Source: Candidatus Thioglobus autotrophicus (lineage in GTDB: Bacteria > Pseudomonadota > Gammaproteobacteria > PS1 > Pseudothioglobaceae). From it: a DNA stretch of 64,000 bases. A model generated the notes under the pieces. The model was not told the DNA's origin, made no database searches, and saw nothing but the letters and a program-made list of their open reading frames with translations. This document shows, one piece after another, positions 1 through 8,360 of this stretch (the stretch's first letter is position 1; each line of letters begins with the position of its first letter). The stretch lies in the NCBI GenBank assembly GCA_022448455.1, contig JAKUUR010000002.1:10241-74240 (forward strand). Reading direction: 5' to 3'. A program made the translations under genes and the position numbers.

Positions 1-906
1 CTTAATCAAACCACCGACCGCATGGTAGGCTGCATCCGAAAACTTACCATTCTTTCCTTCAAATATATTTTTACTGTTCGCAGTACTCGTTAAGCTTAAA
101 TTAATGTGAGCACCAGAACGCCAATCTCCAATTGTTGGTTTCGGCATAAAAGTAATAAACATGCCGTGATTTTTTGCAATCTCTTTGAGCAAAACCCTTA
201 AAAATACCAAACGATCAGCCATTTGAAGTACGTTTGTATAAGTAAAGTCGAGTTCAAACTGAGAATATCCTCCCTCGCAAACAACATCCTTCAAACCCCA
301 ACCTAATTCATTGAGAGTATCAATCATTTCTCCCAAAAATTCCATAGAGTCAATGCTATATTCCACATCATATCCAAAGGCTTGGCGGCGTGGTCGTAAA
401 CCTTCACCGGGTAAAGGGTCGTCATCAAAAGCTTTGACAGGTTGACCGTTTTCCCAACGCATTGCTATAAATTCGGGTTCAATACCACAAAAAGCTCTAT
501 ATCCAGCATCCTCAGCATTCTTCACAGCTCTTTTTAGTGTTTGACGGGGACATAAATTGTAAGGTTTACCCTCCCACCACAAATCAGAAAAAACCCAGGC
601 ACAGGTTTTATCCCAAGGACAGATCATCAAACTATCAAGATCTGGAACTGGAATCTGATCAGAGTCATTTGGCCCTAATTCTGGAACGAAAGAAACAGAA
701 TGAACAGCAAATTGAGGGCCTTTTCCAGCACACAACAACTCAAACTCAGATATGGGGATAGGTTTAGTTTTAGGAATGCCTAGAAGGTCTATCCAGCATG
801 AAAGAATATACTTAACACCTGCCTTTTCAAGTTTTGCTTTGGCTTCATTAACGCGCTTTTTATCTGGAAGTGCCTCTGACATTAATGTTGGATATATGTT
901 TGCCAT
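1..906 (-). CDS. Glutamine synthetase-family gamma-glutamyl-amine ligase, GmaS/GlnT-like clade (3' end runs off the window; absent from the ORF track)
   Basis: Manual translation from ATG at 906 (AGGAG RBS at about 913-917) is open to base 1: MANIYPTLMSEALPDKKRVNEAKAKLEKAGVKYILSCWIDLLGIPKTKP...PWDKTCAW...CPRQTLKR...FCGIEPEF...LGW...CEGGYSQFELDF...TFMPKP..DWRSGAHINLS. It has the GS E-x-E, E..E, FMPKP and H motifs. Confidence 0.9.
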   Translation of the reverse strand, partial: MANIYPTLMSEALPDKKRVNEAKAKLEKAGVKYILSCWIDLLGIPKTKPIPISEFELLCAGKGPQFAVHSVSFVPELGPNDSDQIPVPDLDSLMICPWDKTCAWVFSDLWWEGKPYNLCPRQTLKRAVKNAEDAGYRAFCGIEPEFIAMRWENGQPVKAFDDDPLPGEGLRPRRQAFGYDVEYSIDSMEFLGEMIDTLNELGWGLKDVVCEGGYSQFELDFTYTNVLQMADRLVFLRVLLKEIAKNHGMFITFMPKPTIGDWRSGAHINLSLTSTANSKNIFEGKNGKFSDAAYHAVGGLIK

Positions 907-922
907 TATTGACTCCTTTTGA

Positions 923-954
923 GGTATAGTTTGTTGAAAAAAAATCACTATACC
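923..954. promoter_or_regulatory. Inverted repeat in divergent intergenic region (putative operator)
   Basis: GGTATAGT (923-930), 16-nt spacer, ACTATACC (947-954), lying between the divergent GS-like and Rieske genes. Confidence 0.4.
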
Positions 955-1003
955 ATATTATTAATGATTATTTTATTTTGATAATAGCAAGAGATCTCTA
1001 CTG

Positions 1004-2374
1004 ATGAAAGATACTAAAGATAAAAATGAAACTGATTTGAAAGGTTTTGCTGGCCATAGTGTTACACTTTCAAACAAGATCGATGATGAAATAACAAGAA
1101 TTGGCCGAGGAACGCCAGCTGGTGAGTATCTTAGGCGCTACTGGCAACCAGTATTTATTTCTTCTGATTTAGCAGAACTCCCTGTTGCAATAAAAATACT
1201 TGGAGAAGAGCTTGTCTTGTTTCGAGATAAGAGCGGTCAGTTAGGACTAGTTCACAAACACTGTCCACATAGACAGGCCTCTCTGGAATTTGGAATTTGT
1301 CGTGAAAAAGGCATCCAATGCTGCTACCACGGCTGGCACTTTGATGTCGATGGCACATTGATCGAAGTTCCTGGTCAGCCAACCGCCACCGCAGATATTA
1401 TAAAAAATAAGGTGCGTCTAGGCGCTTATCCTACTTTCGAGTTTAAGGGGCTTATCTTTGCATATTTAGGCCCAATTGATGAAAAGCCAGAATTTCCAAT
1501 CTATGACAGCCTCGAATTTGAAGATATGGAAATGGTTCCTTACAAAGCACCCTTTAATTGTAACTGGCTTCAAGTACTCGATGCAATCGTTGATCCTATT
1601 CATACCGCCTTTCTTCACTCCAATATGAGTCGTCAACAATTTTCGGAAGGCTTTGGAGAGGTAGGTCAGATGGACTTCTTCGAGCGAGATAACTGGATAT
1701 TAGGCTGCAACACGCGCAGAGTTGGTGACAACGTTTGGTTTCGAATCAATGAAGTTGTTTTGCCAAATTTTACTCAAGCGGGAGCAGCCTTTTCTGCTGA
1801 TGGCACGAAACAAATCTTTTATGGGCGAAGCTCTTTCAGTCGTTGGGTAGTACCAATTGATGATGAAACGACCATCTGTTATGCTTGGGCTAATTTCGGT
1901 AAACGTGGTGATCCCCAAGCATATAACACGCCAGAAGGTCCAGAGCTGATTGAACAGGGTGAGGTTTTCGATCGACCATATGAAGAACGACAGAGGTTCC
2001 CTGCAGATAGAGAGGCTTGTGAAGGTATTGGTGCCATTAACATTCATAAAAATGAACAACTAGTGCGAAGTGACCGCGGCGTTGCTATGATGCGTCAACG
2101 AATAAGGAAGCAAATTAGAACCGTAATTGCTGGAAATCAACCCTACCTCGCCTCAAAAATTGCGGGAATGCCGATCCCCACTTATGGCGGTGACTCTGTT
2201 CTTTCTATCCCTAAAAATGAAGAAGGTGATGATGCATCTTTACTCAGTAAACTTGCACACGAGTTCGTTGACATTCAGTTTCAAGTTGATGGCAAATCGG
2301 AACAACAAAGAATTAAAATTGTAACTGCAGGATTGAAGGAAATGCAGTCAAGGCATAATTCAAAGATTAAATAA
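1004..2374 (+). CDS. Rieske non-heme iron oxygenase alpha subunit (phthalate 4,5-dioxygenase/LigXa-like family)
   Basis: N-terminal GRGTPAGEYLRRYWQP; Rieske ligands CPHR...CCYHGW; mononuclear iron motif DPIHTAFLH. Confidence 0.9.
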   Translation: MKDTKDKNETDLKGFAGHSVTLSNKIDDEITRIGRGTPAGEYLRRYWQPVFISSDLAELPVAIKILGEELVLFRDKSGQLGLVHKHCPHRQASLEFGICREKGIQCCYHGWHFDVDGTLIEVPGQPTATADIIKNKVRLGAYPTFEFKGLIFAYLGPIDEKPEFPIYDSLEFEDMEMVPYKAPFNCNWLQVLDAIVDPIHTAFLHSNMSRQQFSEGFGEVGQMDFFERDNWILGCNTRRVGDNVWFRINEVVLPNFTQAGAAFSADGTKQIFYGRSSFSRWVVPIDDETTICYAWANFGKRGDPQAYNTPEGPELIEQGEVFDRPYEERQRFPADREACEGIGAINIHKNEQLVRSDRGVAMMRQRIRKQIRTVIAGNQPYLASKIAGMPIPTYGGDSVLSIPKNEEGDDASLLSKLAHEFVDIQFQVDGKSEQQRIKIVTAGLKEMQSRHNSKIK

Positions 2375-2398
2375 ACAAATAAGGTAGGTATTGATAGC

Positions 2399-3427
2399 AT
2401 GCTAGAAGAGAGAAAAGTAAAAGTGCATTTCAAGAGCAATCATGCAGACCCTAAGTCCTTTCCTCCGACAATAGAAGGGGAATCTGTTTTCGCCTTTACG
2501 GAAGCAAGATTTAACGAAGCTCTTGAAAATTACCCCGACTTGAAAGGAAAAATTGAGCCAGTATTTGACTGGGATTTGGATAACTTTTATGAATCAATGA
2601 AAACAGCAGAGGTACTCGTATGTTGGGATTTTCCTACCGAAAACCTTGCCGAAATAGCACCTAATCTTCGTTGGATTCATATCACTGGTGCTGGTGTTGA
2701 GCACCTCTGCCCAATGGATTGGCTTCCTAATAATGTTTCTGTTGTCAACAATAGAGGTGTGCATTCAGAAAAAGCGGGTGAATTTGGCTTGATGAGTGTT
2801 CTTATGCTGCACACTCATATGCCACAGATCATTGCAAATCAACATAACAACCACTGGGAATCACTTTACTCTACTCTCATAAAGGGCAAAACTTTGTTGG
2901 TTATTGGCGTTGGAAATATTGGCTACTCTGTGACAAAAAAATGCAAAGCACTTGGAATGAATGTTATTGGTGTCAGTCGCCACGGAAAAACTTTAGAAGA
3001 TGTAGATGAAATGGTATCAGCTGATCAATTGGACGAAGTATTACCAAAAGCAGATTATATTTTTATGGCCACCCCAAATACCACTGAAACTCATAACTTA
3101 TTGGATGGAAGACGGCAATCATTAATGAAACCTGGCGTTGGTATTGTTAACGTAGGTCGCGCTGCTACAATAGACTATGTAGCCCTGGTTGATAACCTAA
3201 ATTCAGGTCATATTGGGGCTGCAATTATCGATGTATTTGACCCAGAACCGCTACCCAAAAACTCACCTTTATGGTCTGCTCCTAACCTCATGGTTATGCC
3301 ACATATTTCTGCAGATGATGGTGACACCTACATTCTACAGACTCTCGAATTGGTTCTGATGAATATGCGTCGCTACCTTGCCAACCAAGAACTCAAGAAC
3401 CTAGTGAGGCCTGATTTAGGCTACTAA
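2399..3427 (+). CDS. D-2-hydroxyacid dehydrogenase (NAD(P)-binding; glyoxylate/hydroxypyruvate reductase-like)
   Basis: GAGVEH, Rossmann GVGNIG, VNVGRA, DVFDPEPL and catalytic MPHIS motifs. Confidence 0.9.
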   Translation: MLEERKVKVHFKSNHADPKSFPPTIEGESVFAFTEARFNEALENYPDLKGKIEPVFDWDLDNFYESMKTAEVLVCWDFPTENLAEIAPNLRWIHITGAGVEHLCPMDWLPNNVSVVNNRGVHSEKAGEFGLMSVLMLHTHMPQIIANQHNNHWESLYSTLIKGKTLLVIGVGNIGYSVTKKCKALGMNVIGVSRHGKTLEDVDEMVSADQLDEVLPKADYIFMATPNTTETHNLLDGRRQSLMKPGVGIVNVGRAATIDYVALVDNLNSGHIGAAIIDVFDPEPLPKNSPLWSAPNLMVMPHISADDGDTYILQTLELVLMNMRRYLANQELKNLVRPDLGY

Positions 3428-3457
3428 CTGGATAGTCCTATCTTGTAAGCTTACTGC

Positions 3458-4591
3458 CTAGTGGTGATCTCTGAAATATTTGGCAGCACTAATAGAAGCA
3501 AGGGTGATACTTTCAGATGGATTTGCCAATGCCTGTTCAAGTGTTAACTGTTTTGAGACAACACTGAAGACTCTATCAATGTCGTGTTTATGAATTAGTC
3601 TTTCATCATCTTCAACCGAGCCAGCAATCACAAATACTAGACATCGATTCCTCTTAGCGCATTTAGCAACGCCAATAGGTGCTTTTCCTCTTATGCTTTG
3701 ACTATCAAAACGACCCTCACCTGTGATAACTAAATCAGCGCCTTTAATATGATGCTCAAAATCCATGGCATCCAAAACGATATTGATGCCACTTTTGAGT
3801 TCCGCATTTAAAAAAGCAAGAAAAGCTGAGCCTATTCCTCCAGCTGCGCCAGAACCTGGAACTTCTGAAACATCTTTTTTTATTGTGCTAGTTAAAATGT
3901 CAGAATAACGTGTCAGATTGGCGTCCAGTTGAGCAATCATTTCACTATTAGCGCCCTTTTGTGGCGCAAAAATCACTGAAGTGCCTTGTGGACCAAGCAG
4001 TGGATTATCAACATCGCACGCTACCTCAAAGCTGACGCCTTGAAGACGAGAGTCTATTGCACCAGAGTCAATACTACTAAGAGCACTTAAACTGCCACCA
4101 CCTCGGTTCAGTTGGTTTCCTGAAATATCAAGTAGACGAACACCTAGAGCTTGTAACAAACCTGCACCACCATCATTACAAGCACTTCCGCCTAAGCCAA
4201 CAATGATGTGATTAGCGCCCTCATTCACTGCTGCCAATATGAGCTCTCCTACCCCATGACTGGTTGCAATCATTGGGTTACGATTTTCTAAAGGCACCAA
4301 GCTCAAACCACAAGCTTTGGCAACCTCAATGACTGCTGTCTTCGAATTACCAAGCATACCCCAACTTGCATTAATGACTTCTCCCATTGGATCCATCACT
4401 TGCGCCGAAAAATAATGACCCTGGGTAGCAGATATAAGCGCTTCAGTTGTGCCTTCACCGCCATCTGCAACAGGCAATTTGAGTATTTCAGCGTTTGGGA
4501 AGACGTCAACAAATCCTGCTTCTATAGCATTGGCAACTTCACTGGCAGAAAGGCTTTCCTTGAATGAATCTGGTGCTATGACTATTCTCAT
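3458..4591 (-). CDS. glxK: Glycerate kinase (GlxK/GarK family)
   Basis: MRIVIAPDSFKESLSA, PVADGGEGT, GLGGSACNDGG, GAAGG and ITGEGRFDSQS motifs. Confidence 0.95.
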   Translation of the reverse strand: MRIVIAPDSFKESLSASEVANAIEAGFVDVFPNAEILKLPVADGGEGTTEALISATQGHYFSAQVMDPMGEVINASWGMLGNSKTAVIEVAKACGLSLVPLENRNPMIATSHGVGELILAAVNEGANHIIVGLGGSACNDGGAGLLQALGVRLLDISGNQLNRGGGSLSALSSIDSGAIDSRLQGVSFEVACDVDNPLLGPQGTSVIFAPQKGANSEMIAQLDANLTRYSDILTSTIKKDVSEVPGSGAAGGIGSAFLAFLNAELKSGINIVLDAMDFEHHIKGADLVITGEGRFDSQSIRGKAPIGVAKCAKRNRCLVFVIAGSVEDDERLIHKHDIDRVFSVVSKQLTLEQALANPSESITLASISAAKYFRDHH

Positions 4592-4630
4592 ATCAAAGTA
4601 TTCACTTAACTATCAAAATAGAATCTGCTT

Positions 4631-5035
4631 TTAATTTTTTGGCATGTCCTCTGGGTCAATGCCAGGAACAAAAGTAATTCCTGCTTGTTGTTTCCAGTCA
4701 TGCGGATAGGCGGCATAGAAAATGACACACTTTTCATCACATTCGTATGCGATTGAATTGTCCTTAGGTATATACAAAACATCTCCAGGCGTACAAACAT
4801 ATGACTCTCCATCACAGGTCAATCTAAAGGTGCCTTCCATGCAATAAATAATTTCATCACAAGTTAATTCCCAAGGTACTGAAACTTGATTTAAAAAATT
4901 GAGACCACCACACATAGTGTCACTGACAGCACTGGTGACAAAAGGCTTGATATAGGTTTGTCCTGGCTCTAAAGTATGTAAACGGTGCTCTATATCGCTA
5001 AATTTATAGAGTTTTGGTTTATTATCTTCCATCAT
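4631..5035 (-). CDS. EutQ-like cupin protein
   Basis: Cupin signature MCGG...W.LTCDEIIYCMEG...PGDVLYIPK...FYAAYP, resembling EutQ. Confidence 0.75.
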   Translation of the reverse strand: MMEDNKPKLYKFSDIEHRLHTLEPGQTYIKPFVTSAVSDTMCGGLNFLNQVSVPWELTCDEIIYCMEGTFRLTCDGESYVCTPGDVLYIPKDNSIAYECDEKCVIFYAAYPHDWKQQAGITFVPGIDPEDMPKN

Positions 5036-5040
5036 TTTCC

Positions 5041-5466
5041 TTATTGAGTTAAGTTAAGTTTTTCATTCAATTCAACAACATAGCCATCCGGATCTTCTAT
5101 AAATGCAAGGATACGGGTTCCAGCATTCATCGGTTTAGCTGGAGTGATAATCTTTGCTCCTTGAGCTTCGAGGTCTTCAACAGCTTTATAAACGTCAGGT
5201 GTTTCGATACAGATATGACCCCAGCCATTACCTTTGTCATAATGCTCTTTTTGATCCCAGTTATATGTCAACTCCAATGCGGGGAATTCAGTCTCGGGCC
5301 CATAACCTACAAATGCATTGGTGTAGCTACCGCCAGGATAATCAGTTCTTCTCAAGACTTGCATACCCAGAATGTCACAATAAAAATGGATTGATTTTTC
5401 TAGGTCTAGCACTCTTATCATTGTGTGAGCTAATCTATAGCCATTATCATTACTTTCAGTAGACAT
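5041..5466 (-). CDS. gloA: Lactoylglutathione lyase (glyoxalase I)
   Basis: HTMIRVLDLEKSIHFY, LELTYNW, GNGWGHICI and AFIEDPDGYVVEL motifs. Confidence 0.92.
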   Translation of the reverse strand: MSTESNDNGYRLAHTMIRVLDLEKSIHFYCDILGMQVLRRTDYPGGSYTNAFVGYGPETEFPALELTYNWDQKEHYDKGNGWGHICIETPDVYKAVEDLEAQGAKIITPAKPMNAGTRILAFIEDPDGYVVELNEKLNLTQ

Positions 5467-5476
5467 ATGTCCTCCT

Positions 5477-6589
5477 TTAAATGTTTTTTGATGTTTTCAT
5501 TACAGCCTCTGCGATCATTGTTTGGAATGCACGAACGCTATCTTCCCAATGAGGCGACAGAAAGCCACCTTCCTTTGCTACTGGTGAGGCACGACCGAGT
5601 TGCATTCTTTCACAAATTGCATGGTCTTCTTTATGCACATCCCACCATAATTTTTTCATTGCATCAACTTCTTCTTTTGATAGAGTTTGTCCCTCAGTCG
5701 TATAAATAACTCTTTTCTGCTGAGTGTGCCCAGAGTCAACTGGAACATTCAAGTAGACCCCAATCTGGTCAGGGAAATATCGACCAATAATAAAGTTAGG
5801 AAATAGCGTGAGGTATCTCGAGCTGACAGAAAGGCTGCCTTTCACTTTGTCTTCTTCATCCAGTTCAATAGCGCTTCCTAGACAAACATCATCAACGATA
5901 GTGTAGTGGTCTTTGAGTGGTTGATTTGTTGTCGTACGATGAACAAACTGAACATGGTAAGGTTCAATAAAGTTTTCCATTAGAAACTTCCAATTGGTTG
6001 AAATTTCACCAAAATCAAGTGTCGCAACTGGTTTGACTTGTTCAAAGTTGATATCATCAAAATACTTAATCAAGGGTGCTGAATACTCCTCAAATTCTGG
6101 CGCATCGGCACTTAGGTTAACGAAAATCCAGTCATGCCAGATAGCCAGTCTTACTGGCTTTAGGCCATGTTTAGATAACTCAAAACCCTCAACCTGATGT
6201 TCTTCTCCAGCAAAAAAAGGAGTTGCGCAAAGCTCACCATCCAAATTATAAGTCCAAGAATGATACGGGCAACGCAACTTAGTTCCCACATTTTTTGGTT
6301 CATCAACCAATTTTAGGCAACGGTGTCTACAGGCATTATGAAAGGCGTTGATTTCACCAAGCTTGTTCTTAATAAGAATCAAGGGTTGACCGGCAACCGA
6401 ACATGTAACAACATCACCAGGCTTTTTGAGTTCATGAACAAATCCCACAAAAACCCAATTCTGAATAAATACGGTTTCGGATTCAATTTTCCAGAACTCA
6501 GAATTATTATAAGCTACAGCAGGAAGCCCATGAGCAGGTACGCTGTTCTTCAAAAAATTTGATAATAAAATGTCTATTCTTTCATTCAT
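5477..6589 (-). CDS. Rieske oxygenase alpha subunit, choline monooxygenase/CntA-like (quaternary-amine group)
   Basis: CRHR...CPYHSWTY Rieske motif; NWKFLMENFIEPYHVQFVH with Glu at the bridging position; EDHAICERMQ.G iron ligand. Confidence 0.85.
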   Translation of the reverse strand: MNERIDILLSNFLKNSVPAHGLPAVAYNNSEFWKIESETVFIQNWVFVGFVHELKKPGDVVTCSVAGQPLILIKNKLGEINAFHNACRHRCLKLVDEPKNVGTKLRCPYHSWTYNLDGELCATPFFAGEEHQVEGFELSKHGLKPVRLAIWHDWIFVNLSADAPEFEEYSAPLIKYFDDINFEQVKPVATLDFGEISTNWKFLMENFIEPYHVQFVHRTTTNQPLKDHYTIVDDVCLGSAIELDEEDKVKGSLSVSSRYLTLFPNFIIGRYFPDQIGVYLNVPVDSGHTQQKRVIYTTEGQTLSKEEVDAMKKLWWDVHKEDHAICERMQLGRASPVAKEGGFLSPHWEDSVRAFQTMIAEAVMKTSKNI

Positions 6590-6604
6590 AATGACACCTT
6601 AAAT

Positions 6605-7471
6605 TTAATCATATTTTTTACCCCATCGCTCAAGAGAAATTGTAGCTAACAAAATTATTAGCATGCCTAGCCACTGAGAATAGCCGAGTACATTTTGGAG
6701 TAGCATAACGCCAAGAATGATAGTAAAAACTGGCTCCATGTACATTACATTAGACGTGCGAACAGGACCAATTTTTGCAATAGAGTGGAAGAAAAAGTAA
6801 AAACCGCCACTCATACCTATAGCTGAAGCAATACCCCACATTAACATCGGTGCAGTCACTGATGCTATGGGTGCTGCAGTAGTCATAAAATAAATTAATA
6901 CAAAAACCGTTGCAGGTAACACCATAATATATTTAATTAAGCCCCATCCTGGCGTCACACTCTCGTGACGAGATAGAATGTTAACAAACACCTGTGCAAC
7001 TGATGCAAACAAACCCCAAAACACACCCCACAAATTCCAGTCACTAGTATCACTCTGAACCAGCACCCATATGCCCAGCAAAGAAGCCAATAGAGCCAAA
7101 ACCGATAACACATCAATTGACCTACTTTTCATTAATGAATTAGCGAAAAAAGTAATGATTGGAAACGTGTAAATTACAACCACAGCCAAACTTAAAGGAA
7201 TCAGTTTGATGGAATACATGTATGAGCCAACAAATATTGCTTGAAATATACTAATTAACACTAACCTTATACGAGCTTCCTTAGTTCTTTGTTTTTTGGG
7301 TGACTTATCTAAAACGCTAGACAAGGATAGGGTGAAAATATAGCGCACACTAAGCAACAAGAAAATGCTACCTCCTACTTTGTAAAAGTACGGAACAGCT
7401 GCCGCTGCAAGCGAGAAGCTAAAAGCTGATATTATGGCTGCAAGGACATTTGTAGAGAATTTATTGCTCAT
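6605..7471 (-). CDS. DMT/EamA family transporter
   Basis: About 10 hydrophobic segments in two EamA-like repeats; YTFPI and MEPVFTIILG motifs. Confidence 0.85.
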   Translation of the reverse strand: MSNKFSTNVLAAIISAFSFSLAAAAVPYFYKVGGSIFLLLSVRYIFTLSLSSVLDKSPKKQRTKEARIRLVLISIFQAIFVGSYMYSIKLIPLSLAVVVIYTFPIITFFANSLMKSRSIDVLSVLALLASLLGIWVLVQSDTSDWNLWGVFWGLFASVAQVFVNILSRHESVTPGWGLIKYIMVLPATVFVLIYFMTTAAPIASVTAPMLMWGIASAIGMSGGFYFFFHSIAKIGPVRTSNVMYMEPVFTIILGVMLLQNVLGYSQWLGMLIILLATISLERWGKKYD

Positions 7472-7532
7472 TGAAAATACAAATTTGCCTTGAAATGAAA
7501 GCCTGCATTTTATAACCCATTAAGAGTTATCG

Positions 7533-8258
7533 TCAAGAAGTAAATTTAATTGAAAGCTGTTGCCTTAAATAGCCTGGCTTGTTTGTTGTAATTGAAGTCG
7601 CCCCCCACTTCAATAATTGTTCAGCAGTTTGTATGTCATCAATAGCCCATGAGTGGTACTCAAAACCAGCTTTGGTGATACTGTTGACAAGTTCTTGAGA
7701 GTTTTTATTGTTTGAGCCAAGACCGTCGGCCTTGATATCTCTTAAAAAATCTAGCAACTCGTGGCTACTGACTGGCTCATTCACGTCATATAACCAGTGC
7801 GCTTTAATATGAGGCGCAATTGATTTAAAGGCTTTAATTACATGATTATCAAATGCTATGATTGAAATTTGTTCCTTTCGAAGATTCGAATTTACTATCC
7901 AATTGATCAGAGTAGGAACGATTTCAGGACCACATTTAACCTCGATAAAAATACCCTTATTGTTAGGTATTGTTTTAAAGACTTCGCTAAGTAAAGGGAT
8001 TGATTGTGGGGCTAAATCACCTTTATAGTATGTAGATGCATCGAGTTTACTTAATTCAGCATAAGTGCTTTCTGCAACAATCAGTTTTTCATCACAGGTG
8101 CGAGAGGTATCCTCATCATGAATGCAGACAATCTGCTCATCTTTGGTAAGACGAAAATCACCCTCAATCGCATCAGCGTTCTGCGACCAAGCTAAGCGAA
8201 ATGCCTCAAGAGTATTTTCTGGTGCATCATCGGAAGCACCTCTGTGAGCAACAATCAT
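7533..8258 (-). CDS. Glycerophosphodiester phosphodiesterase (cytoplasmic, UgpQ-like)
   Basis: AHRGAS..APENTL.AF, EGDFRLTKD...VCIHD, IEVK and ITTNKP motifs; no signal peptide. Confidence 0.92.
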   Translation of the reverse strand: MIVAHRGASDDAPENTLEAFRLAWSQNADAIEGDFRLTKDEQIVCIHDEDTSRTCDEKLIVAESTYAELSKLDASTYYKGDLAPQSIPLLSEVFKTIPNNKGIFIEVKCGPEIVPTLINWIVNSNLRKEQISIIAFDNHVIKAFKSIAPHIKAHWLYDVNEPVSSHELLDFLRDIKADGLGSNNKNSQELVNSITKAGFEYHSWAIDDIQTAEQLLKWGATSITTNKPGYLRQQLSIKFTS

Positions 8259-8360
8259 TTATCAATCTCTATAAATACTTTAATTATAAACTCTGTGATT
8301 TATAGTTGATTCTTAACGCGCTCTTAAACTACTTAGGCAATTTGCCTGATGTTTGATTTT

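Noticed and set aside
537-761. 74-aa plus-strand ORF in the track
   Set aside because: It is antisense to the GS-like gene (1-906), which is the real coding frame; no motifs.
4449-6562. Short ORFs overlapping glxK, the cupin, gloA and the Rieske gene (e.g. 4606-4815, 5154-5462, 5467-5709, 6323-6562)
   Set aside because: Shadow ORFs on the antisense strand or an alternate frame of well-supported genes; no motifs or RBS.
8336-8348. AGGCA-ATT-TGCCT palindrome after nuoN
   Set aside because: Short stem with no convincing U-tract on the minus strand; too weak to call a terminator.
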